From Mobula hypostoma (Eukaryota), in assembly GCF_963921235.1 (NCBI RefSeq), contig NC_086097.1, positions 181,538,001-181,602,000 of the forward strand: 64,000 nucleotides of DNA, written 5' to 3'. The position numbers and the translations under genes are program-made. Of the stretch, positions 1-12,200 are shown one piece after another; the first letter of the stretch is position 1, and the number at the start of each line of letters is the position of its first letter. The notes under the pieces were generated by a model. The model did no database searches, had not been told where the DNA came from, and was given only the letters and a program-made list of their open reading frames with translations.

Positions 1-3000
1 GATGGCTATGTGCTGGGGAAAATCTAGGCAGTTTCTAGGGTAGCTTACATGGTTGGCACAACATTGTGAGCTGAAGGGCCTTTAATGTACTGCAGATTTC
101 TATGTTCTACAAGAGACTGGATGAACTGGACTTGTTTTTGCTGGAGTGAAGAAGGCAGAAGGGTGACCTGATAGCAAATATATTAAACTATAAGAGGCAC
201 AGAGCAGGTATATAGTCAGAATCTTTATTCCAATAGCAAGGCAAGGTATCGAAAGATGCAGAACTATACCAGGTAAATGGGCAAAAAAAGGTCTGCATGG
301 TCATAGAGGATTGACGCACCAGTTTCTGTGTGGTTCAACTCTGACTGTTACCTGGATGGAAGATGTATGCCTTATATTCTAAATGGAGCCATTTATCACT
401 GAACCAGCCTCAACACTTGCCTTGGAAGCCATACCTGTGATTCTTGGTCCTATACATGAGTGAAGTCAAATGAGCTGTGCCAATACCAGGCATTTCTTGC
501 AGAGTCAGTCAACTGTTTACTCTTTTCTATAGAAGCTGCCTGGCCTGCTGAGTTCCTCCAGCATTTTGTGTGTATTCCTATCAGAGTCACGCCTATGAGC
601 CATGCATTCCCAGAAGACGCACCAGTAAACTGTACGTTTCCAGAAGACTCACACCAATTAAAATGGCTTACAAATTTGATGCTGGTTTGTAGTTCTGACC
701 TAAAATGGCTCTCTAATCCAAAGGTCTCATTTATATACTGCTTCAAAAGAACAGGCCAAATGAAGTAGGGAGGTGGTGTTAATCAAAATATTTCCAGAGC
801 AGATACAGAAGTAGTGGAAAGTGATGTGGAATTGATTGGATTTAAAATCATGAGCAGCAGGAAAAGAAAGATAAGTATGGGAATAATTTATAGACCACTA
901 AAATAGGACTTCTCAGCAAGGCAAAGCACAAATATGGACTACCAAGGACACCTTTAAAGAGCACTGCAATTATCTTGGGAGATTTTAATCTACATGCTGA
1001 TATGATGAAACTGACAAAGACATAGTAGAAGAATTTGTGGAATGTATCATGGACTGATTTTTAGAGCAGTACATTGTGGATTGTGTCCAAGGAATGGGAT
1101 ATGTTTGGCTTGGTCTAATTTTAAAAAGGGATTTTCTGGTTAAAAAGAAAAAATAAACTCTTGACCTCACAATCTACCTTGTGGTTAGTTCTTGCACCTC
1201 ATTGTTTGCCTGCACTGCACTTTCTCCAACCGTTACTGCTTCTCCCTTGTCCTACCTTGATGTACTTGTGTTTTGAAATTATCTGTGTGAGTGGCATGCA
1301 AAACTAAAATTATCACTGTACCTCAGTATGTGTGACAGTTAATAAATCAATTACCAATTAAAAGATCCTTCAGGAGGTTTGTGACTACAATTTGATGGAA
1401 TACCAAATGAAATTTTAGGATGAAGCAGTTTTCAAAAATGGTGTGCAGGCTGGAGTTGCCTAAGCTGGACTGGGTACAGACAAATCAGAATCAGGTTTAT
1501 TATCATTGGCATGTGACGTGAACTTTGTTGACTTAGCAGCAGTAGTTCAATGCAATACATAAAATAGAAGAAAAAATAAAATAACATTAATAAACAAATC
1601 TTATTCAGTAGACCTAATACTATATATATATATACATATATTGAATAGATTTTAAATAATGCAAAAAACAGAAATACTATGTATTTTTAAAAAGTGAGGT
1701 AGTGTCCAAGGGTTCAATGTCCATTTAAGAATCGGATGGCAGTAGAGAACATTGGAAGACATTCAAACAGTTGATCTATAACCGAGACACAAGAGACTAC
1801 AGATGCTGGAATCCAGAACAACGAATAATCTGCTGGAGGAACTTCAGCGGGTCAAGCAAGAATTTATTGGGGTGGGGGGAGAGAAGGAATTGTCAACATT
1901 TCAGGTCATAATCCTGTATCAAGACCCTGCTCAGCAAGGGGTTATCTCAATTCTTATCAATGCACCATCTTTGCTGGATGCTTCATAGCTTGATATGGCA
2001 ACTGCTCTACACGTGACCACAAGAAACTGCCGAGTTGTTGACACAGCACATCACAGAAATCAGCCTCCCTTCCATGGATTCTGTCTACTTCTCTTGCTGC
2101 TTCAATAAAAAGGCCAGCATAATCAAAGACCTCACCCCAGACATTCTCTCTTCTCCATTCTCCCATAAGGCAGAAGATACAAAAACAAGAAAGCACATAC
2201 TACTAAGCTTAAGGACACCGTTATCAGGCTCTTGAACAGACCTTTGAATGATAAGATGGATTCAGCCTGACAATCTATCTCATTATTATCTTGACCCTTA
2301 TTGTTTACACTATTATTGATTTACCTTGTTCTACCTCCAAGCACTATATGATTTGATCTGTATGAACAGTATGCAAGAAAAGTTTTCTCTATATGTTGGT
2401 ACATATGACATTAATAAACCAAAGCAATGCCAATCAAAAAGAGCAATTCCATGAGAAAGAGGTACGATCATGTTAATAAAAACGTCAAATTGAAAAGTGG
2501 GCATACAAAGTGGGTCAAGGGTTTGTCGTACACCAAGGGGTCTAAGTGTTCCAGAGAATGAATCATTAAAAGCTAGATGTCAGGTCCAAAGAAGGCAATC
2601 AGCATCTTGGCCTTCATTGCAAATGAGTTGGAGTTTAAAATTAGGGAGATTTTGTTGCAGTTGTACAGAGTGTTGGTGAGGCTACATCTGGAGTACTGCA
2701 GTTGGTTTCCTAATCTATAAATAAAATATTTTAAAATAAAAAAATAAGCAGTCCAAAGGAGATTCACCAGAGTAATTCCTGGGATGAGAAGTTGCCTGAG
2801 CAAGACAAATTATACATTTTGGCTTTGTATTCATTGGACTTTCAGAAGAAAGAGGGGTAACCTTAATGACGATGAAGAAGTATGGTACCTTAACCTTTAT
2901 TGGAAAGAGCATTAAGTACAAAGGTCAGGAAATAATGTTTCAGCTGTACAGAACATTGGTAAGATCAGATCTGGAATATTTTGTGCAGCTCTAATTGGCA

Positions 3001-4300
3001 TACTATTCGGAAGGATGTGATTAAACTGGAGAGGGTGCAGAAAAGATTCACAAGAATGATGCCTGGATTGGAGAGTTTGAGGAATAAGGAGAGGCTGGGT
3101 TGGCAGGAGGATGAGGGATGTTGATCCCAGGGGATCATGGGTTTATGCTTGCGGTGGACTGTGACCTCTCAAGGGCACAAGCCTGGGCGGGAAGATTTCA
3201 AGAATCAGCTGTTGCCTATGCAGCGGGTTCCTCCTCTCCACGTCGCTGATGTAGTCCAAGGGAAGGGCAAGCGCTGGTACAGCTTGGCACCAGGGTTGTT
3301 GCAAAGGTTGCCAGAGTGAGGTTGTAAACAACATCAAACTGCCTTAAGGACACCGGCTCCGGATTTTCCTCGAGGTTTACTCCCAAAGCCTTTCCTTTGG
3401 GCGGAGGTTTAAAATCAGTTTTCCTTCTCTAAGGCTGATGAGCCCCACCTGCCTGAAGCAACTGGTTTTGAGGCTTCAGGTGACTTGATAGGGGTTTATA
3501 AAATCATTAGGGGCATAGGTAAGATGGATTTACATCATCTTTTTCTAAGGGTAGGAGAGTATAAAAGCATAGGTTTAAGGTGAGAGAGGAAGGTTTAAGG
3601 TGAAAGAGGAAGGTTTAAAGGGGGCCTGAGGAGACAGGCTTTTCACTCAGAAGATGATGGATATATGGAATGAAGGGCCAGCAGAAGTGGTAGAGGCAAG
3701 TACTATTAAACATTTTCAAAATACATTTGACAGGTACATGAATAGGTAAGATTTTGCCTACAGATCAAATGCAGGCAAATGGAACTACATCAGAAAGACT
3801 AAAGGGAAACAGCAAACACTAAAAATCTGGAACAACACACAAAATACTGACTGGAGGAACTCAGGAGATCTGGCATCATCTATGAAGGGGAATGGACAGA
3901 TAGAGACCCTTCTAATGGACACCTCTCAGAAAGACACTTTTGAAGGGATGGATGAGGTATGCTAAAGAAACCTTTGACTCAAAACATGAGGGCTTGGGTA
4001 ACTGTTGGGATGTTTTCGCTAGTCTCAATCAAGGAGGTATAACTACAAGATATGGGGATGGTCATTTAAAACTGAAGTACATTGAAACTTATGGATTCTT
4101 TGCCCAAGTGTGTGGGTGGTGGAAACTGGATCATTAGAAGTATTTAAAATGGAGATGAATAAATATTTGATAGTTTGAGGAACAGACGGGTATGGAAGTA
4201 ATGGCACCGAAAAGGAGCTGAGGCCAGTAGAAAAAACCATGAGAGTGTTGAATGGTGTGGCAAACTTGAGGGGGCTGACTCCCCTCTGTTCCCGTGTCCT
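1..4300. mobile_element. Mosaic of decayed CR1 LINE, Rex1/Babar-like and Penelope-terminus fragments upstream of the promoter
   Basis: Broken CR1 ORF2 C-terminal motifs (LVRLHLEYC, RxRGDL-type) at about 2500-3780. Penelope-type ends (cagatgctggaatc...ctggaggaactcag) near 1790 and 3815. Rex-like tails at 1150-1360 and 1990-2430. Confidence 0.7.
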
Positions 4301-5200
4301 TGTGTTCAGCCTCCCTGGGACAGAAAGTAAAACTTCAGCCTGTATCCACTTCTGGAGGTTATTGAGGGGAGAAGAAGAGGTAGTTGTTGTCGTTGTCCCT
4401 GGCTCTCAGGGTTGAGGGGAGCGGTGGGCAATGGCCATCCTTGGGGGCTGGTCTCACAGGTGTGACAGGAGGGGGTGGTGTCCACGGGGTGTCTGGGAGG
4501 CATTTGGCCACGCTCTGGTGCGGGTCCACCGGGTGTGAGGTTGATCGGCCACCCTGGGGTGCGGGTCCCGGGGTGGGCCACGTCACGTTTAAAGTGTCCC
4601 CTGGGGAGCAGAGACAGTGCTGAACGCCGGACAGCACCCTACCGACCAACACGGAGCCAACAGGCCGAATGGCCTCGATAGCTGAGCGACCGGCTCCACG
4701 GGGCGGTCATTCGGTGCCAGAAGAAGGCCAAGCTGGAGCCCGGGGCTCGGACACGCTCCCGTGGCAGCAGCGTCGGCCCCGGGTGGGGCGCCGGGAGCGG
4801 GCGCGGGCGCGAGCGCGACGGCGCCTCTTCAGCCACGCTCGCTGTGTGAGGCCCGGACGCGGCCGCCGGGTGAGGGCCGGGGAAGGGCGGAAGGGTGGGG
4901 GGAGTGCGGTGAGGGTAGCCGAGGCCCGGGGCTCCGCGGTGGCCTCCCGTCCCTCCAGGTACCGTGTTTAAGCTGGCGAAAAGCGGCGGTCGCGGCCACG
5001 GCCTTACCTTGGCGAGAGGCCGGCAGCTCGCAACTGCTTCGGGGCCCGACGGCGCCTCGGCCTTTCGTAAGCCGCGGTACCTAAGGGGATCAGGACAGCT
5101 CCGTCCACTGGGTAGATATCGGCATCAGTCAACGGGTCCAATCCAATCCGGTCCGGTCCGAGAGCGGGGGTCAACGCGTTAGGTCAGATGCAGATTACTT
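4300..5200 (+). promoter_or_regulatory. CpG island / promoter and probable non-coding first exon of the UBTF-like gene
   Basis: Very GC- and CpG-rich, repeat-free stretch about 1.3 kb upstream of the first coding exon. Candidate exon-1 donors are CGG|GTGAGG (4869/4870, followed by G-runs) and CAG|GTACCG (4958/4959). Boundaries are approximate. Confidence 0.8.
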
Positions 5201-6130
5201 TGACCTATTTGGCTTATTTAATGTAGGCTAGTTAGTGTTATGGATAGGGACTGGTTTGATCTATCAGATCATTGGGACTCGTCAGGTCCTTGGGTCTGGT
5301 GTAGGTAACCTTACAGGCAAACCTGGGGGGTTGGGGGGAGGTTCGCACTGTGGGCGCAGCAGGTGGACTTAGCTTTGTCTGCCTGAGACCACGTACAGGA
5401 TTCTGGCTCTGGAGTGAAGGAGCTCTGTAAATCTTCGTGCTCCGAGGGAACAGACTCATTGTGAAACTGTCTAGGTTATACAGACCTTGTTTTTATCTAT
5501 TTTTCATTTGGGGACGTGGGCTTTGCAGGTTGAGTCAGCCTTTAATTGTCAATTCCTGCCATTGCAGTGGTGAGCTACCTTGAACTACTGCAGTCTTTGA
5601 GGTACCCCAGTGCTGTTTGGGGGGGGGGGTGTTCCAGGATTTTGACCCAGTTGCAGAGAAGGAACAGCAATGTATTTCCAAGTCAAGATGGTATATGACT
5701 TGGAGGGTCACTTCCAGGAGGTGGCACTTCCTGTGCTTTTCCCACCCTTTTCCTCTCGGCTGGTTGAGGTTGTGGATTTGGTAGGTGCTATCTAAGGAAT
5801 CTTGAGAATTGCTAATGAGCTGCTGCTATTGTGTAGTGGCGAAGTGACCAGATAGTTGTAGATGGGTAGTTTATCGAATAGGCAGTATGATATTAAGCTT
5901 CTGAAGTCTCTGGAGCAGCACTCATCCAGGCAAATGGAGAGTGTTGCATTAAGCTCCTGTCCTGAGCCTTCTCGATGATGGACAGGCCTTGGGGAGTTAG
6001 GAAGGGAGTTGCTTGGGCAGGGGGACCCAGGAGTTGTTTGATTGCCAGGTATTTACTTGCACTGAGCTTGTGTGTTTTGCCTTTTCAGTCATTTCCTCGC
6101 CGCTCTGAGGAGAGCAGAACTGGGACAGTA

Positions 6131-6200
6131 ATGGCCACCGTAAATGGGACATCAACAGTTTCCTCCTCCGTTCAGCCCATCACCATCAAGGAAGAGCCTG
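6131..6200 (+). CDS. ubtfl: UBTF-like exon 2, coding part ([23 protein letters not shown]); exon starts at 6089
   Basis: Acceptor ttttgccttttcag|6089, ATG in a good Kozak context (gtaATGG), donor CTG|gtatgg. Phase 1 matches the next exon (G+AT = Asp). Confidence 0.8.
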
Positions 6201-9200
6201 GTATGGTCTGGTGCTTCCATTTTCTAAGCAGGGCTTAGAGTAATTTTCCAAGTAACAACCAGGATGAGGATTGGGTGGAGGAGTAGGGCAGGTAGACTTT
6301 TACCTCAGGTAGGGGAGGTTTAAGATAAGAGAGGAGAAATGTAAAGGAAATCTGAGGGGTAACTTTTTCACCCAGAGGGTGGTGGGTATATGGAACAAGC
6401 TGCTAGGGGAAGTGGTAGAGATGGGTACATTACAACACTGAAAAGGTATTTGAACAGATACTTAGACAGGAAGCAACTTGAGGGACTCCACCATCCAGGC
6501 CATGCTCTCTTCTTGCTGCTGCCGTTAGGAAAGAGGTACAGGACCCTTAGGTTCCACACCGTCATGTTTACGAACAGTTAGTACTCTTCAATTATCAGGC
6601 TCCTGAACCAGAGCATATAAATTCACTCACTTCAATACTGATCTGATCCCACAACCTATGAACTCACTTTCAAGGACTCTACAATTCATGGTTTTGATAT
6701 TATTCGTTATTATTATGCTAGAAGGTGATAAATGAAGCAAGGTGGGTGGGAGAGGTGAGGGGCTGGAAAAGAAGAAATCTGATTGGAGAGGAGAGTGGAC
6801 CAAGGGAGAAAGGGAGGTGGGGCACCTTGTTTTTCTGTTTTGTATTTGCACAGTTTGTTGTCTTCTGTACCTTGGTTGTTTGGTCATCTTTGATTGTGTG
6901 CAGTTTTTTATTAATTCTTTTGTGTTTCTATGAATAACTACTGTGAATGTCCACATGGAAATGAATCTTTGAGTAGTATATGGTGACATATACGTACTTT
7001 GAAGTTTGGATAGGGGCCTAATGCAGGCAAATGAGATGAGACATCATGATCAGCAAGGACAAGTTAGGCTGAAAGGCCCTTTTCTATGCTGTAGAATTCT
7101 GTGATATGGTTTAGATACCAAGCTTTCAAATCACATGATAGGGAACCTGGAGGTGCAGGAGTCTTGGGTCCTATGCCAGCAAATTCAGAATCAGTTGTTG
7201 CCATGCAGTCATTTGGTTCCTCGACCAGCTTCATTTGACTCAGCACCAAACTAACTCTGCTGCTATGGAAACACAAGGAAATTTGCAGATGCTGGAATTT
7301 CAAGCAACACGCACAAAAGTTGCTGGTGAACGCAGCAGGCCAGGCAGCATCTCTATGAAGAAGTAGAGTCGACTTTTTGGGCCAAGACCCTTCGTCAGGA
7401 CTAACTGAAAGAAGAGCTACTGAGAGATTTGAGAGGGGGAGGGGGAGATCTGAAATGATGGGAGAAGACAGGAGGGGGAGGGATGGAGCCAAGAGCTGGA
7501 CAGGTGATTGGCAAAAGGGATATGAGAGGATCATGGGACAGGAGGCCTAGGGAGAAAGAAAAGGGGGAGTGGGGAAGCCCAGAGGATGGGCAAGGGGTAT
7601 AGTGAGAGGGACAGAGGGAGAAAAAAACGAGGGAGAGAGAAAAAGAATGTGTATATAAATAAATAACGGATGGGATACGAGGGGGAGGTGGGGCATTAGC
7701 GGAAGCTTGAGAAGTCAATGTTCATCCCATCAGGTTGGAGGCTACCCAGACGGAATATAAGGTGGTGTTCCTCCAACCTGAGTGTGGCTTCATCTTTACA
7801 GTAGAGGAGGCTGTGAATAGACATATCAGAATGGGAATGGGACGTGGAATTAAAATGTGTGGCCACTGGGAGATCCTGCTTCCTCCACCATCAACTCTGC
7901 TCTCAAACGCATCTCCCCCATTTCACGCACATCTGCTCTCACTCCATCCTCCCGCCACCCTACTAGGAATAGGGTTCTCTGGCGGACAGAGCATAGGTGT
8001 TCAGCGAAATGATCTCCCAGTCTGCGTTGGGTCTCGCCAATATATAGAAGGCCGCATCGGTGCACCAGAGGCAGTATATCACCCCAGCCGACTCACAGGT
8101 GAAGTGTCACCTCACCTGGAAGGACTGTCTGGGGCCCTGAATGGTAGTGAGGGGGGAAATGTAAGGGCATGTGTAGCACTTGTTCCGCTTACAAGGATAA
8201 GTGCCAGGAGGGAGATCGGTGGGTAGGGATGGGGGAGATGAATGGACAAGGGAGTCGCATAGGGAGCGATCCCTGCTGAAAAGCGGGGGGCGGGGGGGGA
8301 GGGAAAGATGTGCTTAGTGGTGGGATCTTGTTGGAAGTGGCGGAAGTTGCAGAGAATTATATGTTGGACCCGGAGGCTGGTGGGGTGGTAGGTGAGGACA
8401 AGGGGAACCCTATTCCTAGTGGGGTGGCGGGAGGATGGAGTGAGAGCAGATGTGCATGAAATGGGGGAGATGCGTTTGAGAGCAGAGTTGATGGTGGAGG
8501 AGGGGAAGCCCCTTTCTTTAAAAAAGGAGGACATCTCCTTCATCCTAGAATGAAAAGCCTCATTCTGAGAGCAGATGCGGCGGAGACGGAGGAATTGCGA
8601 GAAGGGGATAGCATTTTTGCAAGAGACAGGGTGAGAAGAGGAATAGTCCAGGAATAGCGAGGGGCTACTGCATCCGTTGCTCCCGATGTGGCCTTCTATA
8701 TATTGGCGAGACCCGATGCAGACTGGGAGATCGTTTCGCTGAACACCTACGCGCTGTCCGCCAGAGAAAGCAGGATCTCCCGGTGGCTACACATTTTAAT
8801 TCCACGTCCCATTCCCATTCTGATATGTCTATCCACGGCCTCCTCTACTGTAAAGATGAAGCCACACTCAGATTGGAGGAACAACACCTTATATTCCATC
8901 TGGGTAGCCTCCAACCTGATGGCATGAACACTGACTTGTCAAACTTCCGTTCCACCTCCCCCTTGTACCCCATTGGTTATTTATTTATTTATATACACAC
9001 ATTCTTTTTCTCTCTCCTTTTTCTCCCCCTCTCTATACCCCTTGCCCATCCTCTGGGCTTCCCCCTTGCCCTTTTCTTTCTCCCTAGGCCTCCTGTCCCA
9101 TGATCCTCTCATATCCCTTTTGCAATCAATTGTCCAGCTCTTGGCTCCATCCCTCCCCCTCCTGTCTTCTCCTATCATTTCAGATCTTCCCCCTCCCCCT

Positions 9201-12200
9201 CCCACTTTCAAATCTCTTACTAGCTCTCTCAGTTAGTCCTGACGAAGGGTCTCGGCCCGAAAGGTCGACTGTACCTCTTCCTAGAGATTCTGCCTGGCCT
9301 GCTGCGTTCACCAGCAACTTTTGTGTCTGCTGCTATGGACTCACTTTTGGGGACTCTGCAGTTCATGGTCTCGGTACTATCTGTTTACTTTTATTCGTAT
9401 GATTTTTTCTTTTCTGCACATTGTATGTTTATCAGTCTTCGGTGTGTGTCATTTTCCATGGATTCTATTGTGTTTCTTTGTTTTGTGGTTGCCTGCAAAA
9501 AGATGAATCTGAAGGTTGTATATGGTATACATATTTGGATAATAAATATATTTGAACATTGAGTTTTAAAACCAGGTTACATCTGCTGAATGTGATTCCT
9601 CAGGTTATGGTATATCTGATAATCTGTTTACTGTTGAGATGAGGGGAAATTTCATTATTCAAAGAGCTGTGAATCTTTGGAACTGTCTACGCTGGAGGGT
9701 TTGGGAGATCCAATGACTGAACATTATTCAGGGCTGGGATTAATAGATCATGTAGGAACATTGAACAGCCCAGCAAAGGGAGCTAGAGGAAGTTGATTCA
9801 TCATCACCTTATTGAATGACAGAATACATTTGTTGGCAGGGAGTGTAAATACTCCAAGTAATAAAAACTACAGATTGGTGAGCCATGCAGAGCAACCATG
9901 ACTCTGAGCTTCCTGTTGCCTGCCAATTTATTTTGCCTTCCCACGCCCCCTCTAATCTCTCTGTCTGTGGTCTCCTGTCTGTTAGAGTGAAGCCCACTGT
10001 AAATTTGGGTCAAAGCAAGCAAATGTTGCTAGCTTAGATTGGCATCTTGGTCAGTAGGGACAGGTTGGGCCGAAAGCCCTGTTTCCTTGCTGTATTACCC
10101 TGTGACTCTGTAACTTGAACAATATCTCAGGATTTGTCTGGGCGTGTTGCAGCCTGCAGGACTCAGTGTAAACTTCTCTAGCTTCACATGACTTGCTCGG
10201 TTTTCTGTCTTTATCAGGACCAGGCATTTCTGCTTACCATTTCCCATTTCAGATTCAAAATCAGATTCATTTACCACATGTATATCAAAACTTCCAGTGA
10301 AATGTGTCATTAAGGTTAATGTTCAACCAACGCAACCTAAAGTTAACCCACTGAGGGTAACCCGCAAGTGTTGCCACACATTCCAACGGCAATAAAGGAT
10401 GCCCATAATGTTCAGCAGAGCAACAGAAGACTTCAACTCCAGGACAATAAACAGGCCTCCATCCCTGGAACAGGCCAGGCCACCTCCAGGCTTCCGGCCC
10501 TTGGTCTGAGACTCTCAGACGTGCAGACATCAGGTCTCCAACCTCCAGTCCCTGGCTGTAGCCATAGACTCACAGCCATCCAACTTCCAGACAGGTTAAC
10601 TCTGGGGTTTCAGTCTTCTGGCCTCAACCTCTAGACTCACTGACTTCAGTTTTCCACCTTTGTCAATTTTAAAATTTATTTGTATGTTCTGGTTTTGGTG
10701 TTCTAGGCTTATCTTTATGAGCTGGATCATATATCATCCAGACTTGACCATTTAAACAACACATTTCACAGACAAGGACTATACTGTCCATTTGCTGGTG
10801 ACAATATTTCACCCTAAGGGCCCAAAGGATCAATGGGGACCTGAGTCACCCTAACCACACACTATTCCATCTGCTACCATCTGGGAAAGCCAAGACCAAC
10901 AGGCTCTGGGACAGCTTTTTCCACAAGGCCATCAGACTGATTAATTCACATGGATACAATTGTATTTCTATGCTATATTGACTGTCTATAAATTGCAAAT
11001 TTAGACGGAGATGTAATGTAAAGATTTTTATTCCTCAGGTATGTGAAGGATGTAAGAAATAAAGTCAATTGAAATCCTCCTTTCTGCTTTTTTAGACCAA
11101 CTTACTGTCTCTCTTTCTCTCTTGGAGACTGCAGATTTTGGAATCTGGAGCAGTAGACAAAGTGCAGGAAGAACTCAGTGAGTCAGGCAGCATCTGAGGA
11201 AGAAAATGATCAGTTTTAGGTTGAGATCCTGTATCTGCACCAGATGCAGGATCTCAACCCCTAATACCGACTCAACATTTCCCTCCATAGATGCTGCCTA
11301 ACATACTGAATTCCACCAGTATTTTGAGTGTTGCCCTCTGTCTTTCTCAGTTCTGAAGAAGAATCGTTGTCCTGAAACATTAACTGTTTCTCTCTCCACA
11401 GATGCTGCCTGACCTAAGTTTTGCTAGCATTTTCTATTTTTATTTCATATTTGCAGCACCTGCAGTTTTAAATTTTTTTTATTTACAGTTGGGTTCAGAG
11501 CAGCATTGAGATTGAGAATTCATGTTGGGCAGTGGGGTGCTGGGACTACATTAGTGGACTGAACAGAGGTGTTCACAGTGAGTGTGTGCATCTGATGGAG
11601 TGTGCTGCTCATCAGCTCTGTAATTGTTTCAGATTTATGGAGTAAAGATGACCTGCTGTGGTTATTGGATCGAATAAAAGGCCTCATCCCCGAGGGAGAC
11701 TGCATGAAGTACAAGACCACTGAGTCTCACTTCAACTGGGAGAAAGTCGCATTTGGACCCTTCACAGCAGAAATGTGCCGTTTGAAATGGCTGAAACTGG
11801 CCTGTGAGGTTAGTATGCATAAAATGTATAACAGGAAAACTCAGCTGGCCAGCTGTTTAGGGTTTTAATAGGAGAGCATTGTAGGAACAGTGATGCAGTA
11901 AAGTTTGTTAGTGCTACTCAAGAGGCAATGTGGCAGTGGGGAGGGAACTAAAGCAACAGTTTAACAGGTGACAGGATAGAGGAGAAGGTAGGGGTTAGGC
12001 AAAGTAAGACAAACAGGTCCAGGGAAATGAACACAAAGGGGTTGATAGGCTGCAGTGTATTTACTTCAGTGCGAGTGGTACTAGGCAGGTGAACAGAGCA
12101 AGGAACTATGATGTTGCAGCCATAACAGAGACTTGCTTGAGAGAGAGAGAGAGGGACTGGCAGCTCAACGTTTCTGGGTTCTGATGTTTCAGATGAGATA

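Noticed and set aside
340..770. Possible exon of a head-to-head minus-strand gene (donor-like CAG|gtaaca at 352/351; ORF 450-746; candidate first donor near 4641)
   Set aside because: The frames I tested upstream of the donor contain stops, the ORF runs through a Penelope-terminus fragment, and I recognise no homology. A non-coding divergent transcript cannot be excluded.
3110..3480. CTGATGA...GAA hammerhead-like string near 3434 within an RTE-like repeat
   Set aside because: It lacks GAAA, stem III and a convincing stem II, and the repeat family call is too uncertain.
4306..5182. Overlapping Arg/Gly/Pro-rich ORFs on both strands in the CpG island
   Set aside because: Expected from stop-codon scarcity in GC-rich DNA. 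No recognisable domain.
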